The translations under genes were made by a program, and so were the position numbers. Of a DNA stretch of 64,000 bases, positions 1 to 10,300 are shown piece by piece (positions within the stretch are counted from its first letter, which is position 1; every line of letters begins with the position of its first letter). The notes under the pieces were generated by a model. The model was not told the DNA's origin. It made no database searches and worked only from the letters and a program-made list of their open reading frames with translations. Source of the stretch: Fimbriosthenelais zetlandica (lineage: Eukaryota); contig OZ365110.1 in assembly GCA_977030845.1 (NCBI GenBank), positions 38,564,001 through 38,628,000 of the forward strand, in the 5' to 3' direction.

Positions 1-490
1 AGTCTTTTACCAAAGAAATAATGATACAAAATCTACCCATCAATGTAAACAAAATCATCCCGAATGTTAAAAATATAATATCATCCATCTATTTATATAT
101 ACATGTAATGTCAAATTCTTAACATGCATACAGTCGTGCCTGTAGCTCTATTCATAACAAATTATATCAAATTCTATATTAATTGCGTGGTCCTTCTCTG
201 CATGCGACTGATTGCTGGTTCTGTTACTCCTTTCAATCACAGTCCACGAAAGAGAAAATGAGAACATTTGACACATCGCATGCTTCAGGGGCTGTGTGTG
301 GGTGTGGGGGACCCGTTATAAATGTCAGCCTGGAATTTAACCTAATCTGCTAATCAATTGGTAATTTATTTCTTGGAGCATTACGTGAGGAACCATTGAA
401 TTGTCGGGCAATTAAAGATTAATTTAGAAATTCCACAGAGAAAGATCGCCTTCTGTGCGGGGAAGCTGGAGTCAGAATCAATGAGACCAC

Positions 491-723
491 TGTTATAGAT
501 CTAAATTCTATATATATATTATGTACAACCCTGTACATTACACACCCTGTAGCGTCGTCCAATCCTAGCTTAGGATTGGGGGACGCTACCCTAATGAGCA
601 TATAAATAAAGCGAGCACCTCGGTGACTCGCCAGTCTAAATCTGACCCTGTAACTGAACGGACTTACTTATCATTACCTCTCAAACTACCTACACATTCA
701 TACGACAATAGACATTCATCTCA
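491..723 (+). repeat. 5' LTR (233 bp)
   Basis: Starts TGTTATAG and ends CATCTCA; 491-638 is identical to 4110-4257; contains TATAAATAAA (overlapping TATA and AATAAA) at 601-610. Confidence 0.95.
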
Positions 724-724
724 C

Positions 725-739
725 TGGTGGAGAAGCCCG
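725..739 (+). other. Primer-binding site, probably complementary to a tRNA-Ala 3' end
   Basis: TGGTGGAGAAGCCCG starts 1 nt after the LTR-terminal CA. TGGTGGAG is the complement of ...CTCCACCA, typical of tRNA-Ala 3' ends; the isoacceptor assignment is from memory. Confidence 0.75.
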
Positions 740-1638
740 AAATTTCGATACCTCTCAACATCACAATATTACTTTGTGGATTTTGCAAAAATTGGAATTT
801 TTGGACCGATTCAGGGGTTAGACTCCTTCTCCTACCGCCACAGTTCCAGCCAACACCCACGGAACTACATCAAGACCATGAGGATTTCAAAATGATAAAT
901 TGGAGAGAGGACTGTTATAGGTGTGGTTTCACATGGACAGCCACACATCAGTGTCCTGCCTATAACAGATCCTGCTTCAAATGTGGCAAAACAGGCCACT
1001 TTGCAAGACGCTGCCTTACACGGACTATTCAAAATGATAAGGCGCGCCATAGAGATGTGACAAACCTCCCTTTTACTCTAAAGACAAACGGACTCCATAA
1101 AACAACACGGGAGGAACCTAGCCATGGAAGTTACGTACATGTATATCGAAAACCATGGAAAAGAAGAAAGAGAAACTGGCAACGATGCCAAAGGACTAAA
1201 AGACATAACACCAGAAACAGCAATGCCACATGTGAGTGCACCCACTTGAGGGGCAAAGTGGCGGAATTAAGCTCACAAGTACAAAACTTGACCAAGGAGC
1301 TTGAAACATATAAGGCAGCAAGTGTCAATCAGACATCAAAGGTTGACATTGGTGTTAATACCGAAGACTGTACAGGACCATCAAGAGTAGACATTGCAGT
1401 GAGTACAGAGAACCCCGAGAAATGTGAGGAATCCACACAAACTGTGCATAGGACCTTGTTTGAAACTGCACAATTACAATATATGATTAATAAAATTATA
1501 GGCACATACTTGGGACGACAACAGGAGCTTAATGACGTTCATTATAAACGTATGGAAAACCAACTAAGCTTCATGCTACGTTGGATATTAGATCATCCAC
1601 GTGGTACGCAAGAAGAACAAATAGAAAACTATAGGTAG
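727..1638 (+). CDS. Retroelement Gag-derived nucleocapsid-like protein (two Cys/His knuckles, basic stretch, coiled coil); first in-frame ATG at 892 gives 248 aa
   Basis: Uninterrupted 303-codon frame. CYRCG-x6-HQCPA (913-954) is followed by the canonical CX2CX4HX4C knuckle CFKCGKTGHFARRC (973-1014), a pairing typical of Gypsy-type Gag C-termini. Lies between PBS and 3' LTR. Confidence 0.85.
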   Translation: MEKPEISIPLNITILLCGFCKNWNFWTDSGVRLLLLPPQFQPTPTELHQDHEDFKMINWREDCYRCGFTWTATHQCPAYNRSCFKCGKTGHFARRCLTRTIQNDKARHRDVTNLPFTLKTNGLHKTTREEPSHGSYVHVYRKPWKRRKRNWQRCQRTKRHNTRNSNATCECTHLRGKVAELSSQVQNLTKELETYKAASVNQTSKVDIGVNTEDCTGPSRVDIAVSTENPEKCEESTQTVHRTLFETAQLQYMINKIIGTYLGRQQELNDVHYKRMENQLSFMLRWILDHPRGTQEEQIENYR

Positions 1639-1694
1639 GACTTGCATGTATTGTTCAAACCAGGAAATATATATAATTATCTATTAGCATCTTA

Positions 1695-1724
1695 AAATTC
1701 CTCATTGACACTGGGGCAACATAA
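1695..1724 (+). pseudogene. Relic of a retroviral-type aspartic protease active site
   Basis: AAA TTC CTC ATT GAC ACT GGG GCA ACA TAA = KFLIDTGAT*, about 60 bp after the ORF stop, where protease follows Gag in Gypsy elements; in-frame stops on both sides. Confidence 0.65.
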
Positions 1725-4089
1725 TTTTGTCTATATCATTTGTTTTCTCAAATAGTAAAACAAGCATGTAATTTTTTTGTGTGTGCGTATTAATATATTT
1801 TTTTTCTGGATTACTTCTCGACTTTTAAGTGATTTCATCAAAATTAATCCATGACTTTGGCTTAATCCCAATTCACTTTCTTTAGTTCAAAGACATACCT
1901 CCAAATTCAAAGGGACTCAACCATCCCCCTTGACATAAACAGTAAACCTTAATTCTTAAACAGTCGCATACTTTCCCATCATTAAGGAACCCATCCAAAT
2001 TCTCATCCCCAATAATCTGTATATGTTCAAACACTGTAATGTCATCACAGAGGTTAATGACCAACGCTTATCAGCAACTATGTTTATGGCAGGAGCGGAT
2101 TGGTTTGTGTGCACCCATATGTCAGTCGCCGTGACCTCTGTAATGAGCCAGGTGGTTTGAATATCAAGCCACCCTTCCCCATGACGCTTCGTCGGAGTGC
2201 GTCCTTGCTGTCGTCACTGTCATAAAGCTTTGTAGCTTCGTGCCGACTTGCCTTGACCAGTGACTAATAGACACCCCCAAATTCCCTTTGATCTGTTGTC
2301 ACTTGGTCATTTATACGGCTAACGCCATAGGAGCACGTGGAATCAGCTGCACCCGCGTGAAAAAACAGCTCAGTTGAGCCAAGCCCAAAGCCAGCTGAGT
2401 TGCTCCTTCATGTAGCACAGCTACGCTCTTGTGCTTAGGCAGTGACTAACCATAAATTGGTGGCAGCTTGGTAACGTGCATCATGGATAGGCTGAGGCAC
2501 TAATTAGTGTCTCTGATTTCTGGCTCATTTACAAGTCTTACTGGCTATTGAGGTGTCTCATTGATTTAATTTGTGACTGCTATATTACATGTGTCAATGC
2601 TGACTAGGTCAATTGGTTTAATAATTTCTGAACTAGTGTTATTCAAATATTCAATTTCATAAAAGCACACAGTATTTTTTTTTTCGGTTTACCTCTATAT
2701 TATATTATTCAAATTACTGCAAATTGCTTAATACAAATCCCCCTTACCTGTTACCCAGTGTCATACAAAATTCATAAGGAAACATTACATTTAATGATGT
2801 ATACTTTGATAATATTTTACCTTTGATATTTGAACTTTGGACAGATGCACTTTCTGGTATATCAAATAATTTATTTTTGAATCTTTTGCCTGGTTTGTTC
2901 AATGGTTATTATGCAATGTCTGTATGCACTAGCAGTACCAGAAACCCAAGTTACTCACGTGGCCCTTATCCAACTCAACTCGTGGCCATTATCTCCCCAT
3001 CAGGAAGTGCGCCACCCCAGCCGCGTGTATATGTATGCCATATGGACTCATTAATGACACTTGGAGGGCAAATTGAATTTTAGAAACTTTAAACGCGCCC
3101 ATTTCAAACGCAGAAAATATTCTTCATTAACAACTTGAAGACACTGATCATTTAAGCAATTATGATTTAGGGTAAAATAACCTGTATTGTGTGTGTGTTT
3201 TTTTTTGTTTTTTTTTAATGTTTGAAATTAATGGTATTAATTATGTGTGTTTTTTTACTTTGTGGTCGGGACAGAGTGTATGTCCAGTCAATAAGTTTCA
3301 ATGCTCAACCAACTTAACAGTTAACATGTTTAAAAGTTCTATATAAGGAGTGAATACATTTTCTCGGTTATCAAGTACATGTATGGCGATAGAACTGCAT
3401 CCTTATCAATTCGATTTAATTAGTTTTCTTATAATAAGGGTCCAAATATATATGTACTGTGCCCCGCCTTGTGAAAGCGTCACGTCGACACTTGAGCGCG
3501 TGTACACTAAACCGTCACTTCGTTCCACCCCATTATCACATAACAGATAACATAGCACCCTAAACTAACCCCACTCTGAGTTTATTATCAAGTAGCCGCT
3601 GCCAGATATAGAAGCCAGATTATTTGTCCAAATTATAAGTTGATTGGCAGCCGCGCCCCTTTTATCACATCTCTCTCATCTTTTATTATTCTGTAATTAC
3701 TAAGTGTCTTGTGTTTGAATTTAGCTTAAATATTAAAATTGGTTCGCACCCCACCCCCCTACGGGGAGGGGAGGGATGATTCCCGTCATTATCATTGTTA
3801 CATTTTAGAGTATAATGACAATATGTTTTAACTTTGAATCTGAATGTCACCTCAAGCGATTGACTCCCCAATATTCGTTAAAACAGCTTTCATTAATTTA
3901 GGTAATTAACAATCTCCATCTCGTTCAGTTTTGTTGATTTATGTTAAACAACAATTTCAAACCTTATGTTTAATCAATATCTCTTGTAATCTTATCTATT
4001 GTAAACCTCACTAACTTCTCCCAGAATGAATTACTAAAAACTAGTTAGCTAGATGATGCCTCCTCAAACTCTTTGAGCAGGCATCATCT

Positions 4090-4106
4090 GGAAAGGGGGG
4101 AGGGAG
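4090..4106 (+). other. Polypurine tract
   Basis: GGAAAGGGGGGAGGGAG, ending 3 nt before the 3' LTR TG. Confidence 0.9.
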
Positions 4107-4109
4107 TGA

Positions 4110-4344
4110 TGTTATAGATCTAAATTCTATATATATATTATGTACAACCCTGTACATTACACACCCTGTAGCGTCGTCCAATCCTAGCTTAGGATTGGGG
4201 GACGCTACCCTAATGAGCATATAAATAAAGCGAGCACCTCGGTGACTCGCCAGTCTAGAACTGACCCTGAACTTATACAGACTTACGTTTACTTATCTCT
4301 CTAAAATACTCATAACATAATAACTACAATAGTCATTCATCTCA
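4110..4344 (+). repeat. 3' LTR (235 bp)
   Basis: Direct repeat of 491-723; ends ATTCATCTCA, followed by the TSD CCAC. Confidence 0.95.
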
Positions 4345-7292
4345 CCACCTTCAAATTATCAGGCTCGAGTGGTGGGAAAAGGTGAATATCAAATTGATCT
4401 GTCATTCTGAAAAACCACGAAAATAGAACGCCAATTAAATTAATAATCTTAGAAAAAACATCTTCCAGGACTTAATATACGAAGTGGCCTTCACATCTCC
4501 GGTCAGTATCTGTACCTCTCTATCTTATATATCAAAGTAATTTTGGTTCATTGACTTCATGTACTAGGTTATTACCAGTAAAAGTTTGGTTTAGGAAATA
4601 TTGAATTACATAATGAGATTCATAAATTTATGAATTAATTATGGGGTAATAAAATATGATTAAGGGATTCAAAATAAACGAAGTATTAAGTTATATGTCC
4701 CTTGTGTGGTAGTTAGTTCATTCAATCAATCAATTCAAAAAGAGGCAGGTCAGAAGTTATCATGGGGAAATGCAAAGGTTAATTTGTTATGGGCCCATGT
4801 GGAGAAGTCAACTGATTTATGTTCCCTCATGCCTCCACAGACAGCAAGAGAAAGTGAGGAGAGTGAGAGAGAGGATATTCTTCTTCATTTCTCCAGTCTT
4901 ATCAATGTAGAAATCTCTTGCTTCCACAAAATGGAATCAATACAGATATATTGCAAACATACACAGTGAGGGAGCACACTGCCTGCAGGATAAAGCCATC
5001 AAATGTAGATCTCGAGCACCCACCATCGTTAGAAATATAGTCTTTGACTAACATGAAAGGATCTGGGGTGGATGATTTGTGGGTGAAAACATGGCGGCGC
5101 CCATTGATCTGAGCGATAATTGCTTGCACAATGAGCCAATAATGTCCTAATCTGACGAGCTGTAAGAAATGGCCCCCGAAGTGGCGTGTGCTTCGTTACA
5201 AATCCCGATATCTGACATTACAGCGCTCAAACTGATACAAGGAGATAAAAAGGAGCTGCTTTTCCCATCAGGCACAGGGGCTGGTGGTAGGAGATCGGGT
5301 GGATCTTCTGATGTTCAGTTTGCCTTAGCACTGATACTCCCAGCCAACACTCGGCTGATCTCTGGACTGGTGTGGCATAAAAGGGTGTACCCCTCTCTTG
5401 GAATAGTGGTATTCGACTGCAATGGTTTCGATACAATAAGGACATCAGTCTCATGCATGCCTAATTATAAATTAGGCCTAGCTGTTCGAACTTGCATGCA
5501 TGCACATAATAGACAAGTCGACTAATTAAGCCTGGAACACACCATGCACATGCGTTCATCTGTAACGACAGATTCTGCTCTTTATGCAAATACAAGTGGG
5601 CATCTCCGATGTTGCTTTAAAAGGTAGTGCAGATATCTGTTTTCAAGCCTGCTGAAGAAGCCCAGATTTGGTCCATTCATCAGGCATCTGAAATACACGC
5701 ACACTGGTCAATTTGGGCATGCCTTCTAAATCCTATTGATTTTGGCCTGTTAATTGCATCCACATCCAAGTAATACCCTCATATTTCTTTCAGTTTCAAT
5801 ATTCTTCCAAAAGAAACCAAAGAATGTCCAAGGACATTTCGATGAGGGGACCATTACTGTAACACCACCAGTTCGATCCCTGCCTACCTTATCGCTACAG
5901 AAAGAAGCGATGGAGAATTCAATTAGATGATGGCACATTCCGGGCCCACCAACCTCCATTCATCATCATTCCACAAGGGGCCGCCTTACACGCACAATTA
6001 CACCGCCAACGAGTCTCCGCGTCCCTTGGCCAATTGCACTGCTCGGATCGTCTGCTGTTTGAGCGCGATGGATCAGTCTGCCGAACTAACATCCTTAAGC
6101 CTTATTTGTACAAGTGATAACAAAGATCACGTGGCCGTGGTTAGCCAGTACGAAATATGCTTGTGGGACGCGGTGGAAAGCGGAAAACGAGGTTGTATCT
6201 CGGTCCCGCGACAATGTATGAGACTGGGGTGTGTGGAGACGCCTAGCGGCACTCGTGGGGAATGGCAGATCAATTGGCCGTTGGTGGGAGCATCGTGTCG
6301 CCTGCTTTCAACGATAAACCGGTTATTTTTCAATCTCTCTCGAGCAAATTGAATGAAATGCACGCGCGACCTCCAGGAAAATTGGGTTTCTTCTTGGGCG
6401 CAGTAGTGTGGGTCAGGTTGTTACGATGAAGGCGGTAGAGGGCAGGTTTTTCTGCCTCGCATGAATGGGACCGTGCGCCTACACTTCCGGCGGCCATGAT
6501 TTGTCTTGATGAAGAGGGCTAGGATTGATATGTCAATGAGATAAATGGTGGAGCGTGGGGGTCTTCCTTCTTGATGCTGCATCAGTGGTATACCACCAGC
6601 CCCAGCGACGCTCTGTTAGCCCAATTGGATGAGGATCATTCTTCTAACGATGGACGAAAAACACACCAATTTATGGCGCCGCCTGCCTCTTGCCCGCCAC
6701 AATAGATGCAGCCTAATTGAACCTTGATAGGACGCCGCCCAGAGAAGGAGCACATTCCGCGACAAAGTCAATTGATTCGCGGCGACGCAGGCGAAATATT
6801 CGCCGACATTTGGCGGTGTGGGCTGATTGTTTCTAGCGCCATCAATCAGTTCATTCCTGACGGCCAGATCTCATTCTCAGCCTATCAGAGTAATTGACGC
6901 CGCCGGTTTGAGCCGAGCCAGGGGCTGGTCGAGAGGAGAAGATGGTAATATTATGGGATGGCAAGGATCATTTTGATCAGCGCCAGCTCGCGGCGATGAA
7001 GGAGACATTACTTGCAATTATCACCACACTGTGTCGACCTCGACAGACGACAATTTTCTCCCGGCATCGTCATCTCGTTATGTATCTCGCGAGGAACGAG
7101 ATCAAAGTGAGAGTCGAGCGTGGCTTGGACTCTGATGAGCCCCGAGCAGTGATATGGTGAGAAATGACGAGAACTTACGATATTGCCGTGATGAGGAGAT
7201 AGCAAGAGGAAGAGATGGTTCTTAACTAAATTGTATCCGTGAGAGGAAGGGAGAGGATTATAGGGAGAGGCAGAAAGGGAGTAAGAGAGATA

Positions 7293-7328
7293 GGGGATGG
7301 GGTGGGGGAGGGAGGGAGGGTGGGTGGG
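7293..7328 (+). repeat. G-rich tract, potential G-quadruplex
   Basis: GGGGATGGGGTGGGGGAGGGAGGGAGGGTGGGTGGG: eight G-runs of at least 3 with 1-2 nt loops. Confidence 0.6.
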
Positions 7329-10300
7329 AGCGTGAGAAGCATAAATAACATTGTTATCGATGTATTATGTATACATGTATTAATATAGGCCTACCTTTGA
7401 TTGCCTACTCTTCCAGCAAGCTTTCATTTCAGATGAAAACGTGAAAGAAGATGAAGTTTCAGATATCAATTGGAAATTATATGACTAGTGATATCTTTCC
7501 ATTTTAATTCAAGGACAACCTTTCAATTTTCCAATCTTGGAGTCTTATAACAAAGATTGAGCGCTTTACCTCGCTGTCACATTATTGAAAATAAAATTGA
7601 AAGATGTGTAAATCAGAAAATGGAATATGATACCATGAACTCGTCATGAAGGCAATTTAAATGAAATATGCTGCTATACAACATAACAAACTTTTTTCTT
7701 CAATCTTGTCAATTTCCAAACAATTCCTGTTTACATGAAAACGGTGTGTACACCTTTTTGACATTAACTTTCAAGACACGTTCAAATGTTCGGCTTTGAA
7801 TTCCAGATATCTGGATTTTATTCAATTTAGAATGTTACCAGAGCTTCATCAAGTCAGGAAAAACACTGGCTAAGATATCCCAGACGCGACCAGGTCGTCA
7901 TATGAAACGCAGCAAAAAGAGCGAGCTGGGGGAGAAATCACCAGATACTCGCAATATCATTGACCTCGAGGGGGTGCTGGGCTTGATCGCGCGTTTCCCC
8001 GTCCAGGCTATTGCTATGGCGACCTCACAGACCTGCGCGCGCCACACAATCGACTCTCACCGCAAAATGTCGTCTGCCATTTCGGACCACGTGGTATCTA
8101 TCTGCTCGGGGCTCCCTCTAGTGCTTGATGGGGCAGGTAATGCCAGGGTGATGAGACTGGAGGATGAAACCTAATGGGACGCCGGCGGGAGGGCTGTGCA
8201 GCTATGAGAAAAGCAGGCGTTACTATGGCATCCATACGCTAACCCCCTCCTCTCCCGACCATCCAAGTGTTATGTTAACTCTGTAGGTCGCATTGTCGAT
8301 GGAGGTGTCTCTCTCCTCCTCCTACTCCTCCTCACTTTCCTCTAACCCGAGAAGGAAGATAGATTTGCTTGGTGGGAGGGAAATCACTTACAGTCGAGGC
8401 CTGTGCCTGATTATTAGGACTGATGAAAATCCCTTTCCCCCGCTCATTCGAAAGCTGAGGGCCTCATCTCCATAAGTCAGAAATTCATCAAGCTTTCCCT
8501 TCAGGTCGTCGCTAGGGGCGCTAATTGTAATGGCGCGAGAGGAGGCTACTCATTAATTGTTATTTGATCGTCACCGCAGGTCGCTGGTGCGTCGCCAGCG
8601 ACGAGCTGGCGATCAATTGTCACCGTGGCTGTGAGAAAGATCAGTTTGGTAAATGTATGCAGGCAGAGGGTCGGGACTGGGTGGAACAATGCGCTAATTG
8701 GGCAGGGACAAAGTACACTAATGACAATGCCTGCAAGCTATGTGCATAAAAGTCATCCACATCTTATTTCTCACAGAAAATAATCCAAACTGAAACTCAT
8801 AATTACGCTATATATTTTTCCAGTCGATAATTTCATATTACAGTACCCTTGGGATCGACGTTGAGGTTATAGGACTATTATAATAAATAATCGCTCAAAA
8901 AGTCATGGTAATTCAGTGATTAAATTGTTCAGAGGTCAGGTCCAGATTTGGAATTTCATACTTAATTCGTATAGCCCTTTATTGCCACAGCAGCAGCCAT
9001 AATAATAGAGATATGAGAATTGCGAGGTTAGGGGTCCTGGCATTGCTGTCATATTCATTTACAAAAATGCAGCATAGAATGTGAGGATGTATGCATAGAC
9101 AACTCATCACAATATGATTGCAATTTAACTGCTGGAAAATAGCATAATCATTTATTCTATTTGTAGGCATATGAAAGAAAGCTTGAGGCATTTAAAAGCA
9201 GAGTTACTTCCACCTCATTTATGTAACCTATATACTTACAAAAATTCAATAATATTACCCTTTTTTGACACAACAGAGCATATAACTCTGCGAAAAGGTA
9301 AATGGTGTAAATAAAGAGGCTTCATAAAAACTGTATATAATGAAGGTTGAGGTGGAAGTGTGGTACTGCTATATTCATTAGGACCTCACTGCTGTATCTG
9401 AATGCGTTCAATGTGTGAAAGCATTCAGGCCGTCTTCTTTCTGTAACCTTCTCTAAGCGTTTCACTCGCGCCCCATGTGAGAACAGGAGATAATTAACCT
9501 CCATCCATATCATTTATCCTCGCCATTTCCTGACGGCCTCATCCAAACTGACTTGTAAAACCTGCAGCGAGTGGAAAGAAGACAGATGCACCTTGCCGGG
9601 CCTCTGATGGGCCTGATGGCCTGCTAGCGGCCAGCAGACATGTAGTCGCTCAAGGGACGCGACGCGATAAAATTACAACAGATTACCAGGCGTGTCCGCT
9701 CGCCAGGAAGCCAAGCCAAACGACCTGACCCGGAAGTGCCTTCCAACCAGCGCTGGTTCCCTGAGACTGCGCAGTATAGCTAAGCTCGGAGCGCCCCCGA
9801 GTAGCCTCAGCGGGGAAAGAGGCAAATGCTTGTGTTATTCCGAGAAGTGACAACCAATGCTTCCATCCGTCCTAATAAAATCTGAATTCCATCATCTCTA
9901 TCGTAATTATCAGCGACAAGTGTGTAGATTTATTGGATGGGGCACACGGCTTGGGCACAACAACATGGCGCCGTTGATGGCACTGTTCCATAATGCACCA
10001 GAATAGGGTTTGGGTTCGATGGTACGACCCGCAGGGCAATGACACTGAGATGGCAAGCATGCGCACATTATTGCAAGCCCAGCCGGGGCTGAGGACGATG
10101 AATTATGTTGGTTAGACAGACCTATTTGATACCTCCAATAAGAAGTGAAATGAATTGACTGTTCAATGAAAAGCTATAGGCCTATGCTGGGTATAAAATG
10201 TCTGGGTCAGAGGGACTACAGCCTGTTTTATAAAAGGTCATCAGAAGATATTTCACTACAATCTATTTTGCCTGTAAATTGGATTTGTTTCAGCTTTTGA

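Larger units (their letters stand above)
491..4344 (+). mobile_element. Non-autonomous LTR retrotransposon (Ty3/Gypsy-like), full length, pol-deficient
   Basis: TG...CA direct terminal repeats at 491-723 and 4110-4344; 4-bp target-site duplication CCAC at 487-490 and 4345-4348; PBS just after the 5' LTR; polypurine tract just before the 3' LTR; zinc-knuckle ORF; protease DTGA relic; no RT/RNaseH/integrase ORF in the six-frame track. Confidence 0.93.
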
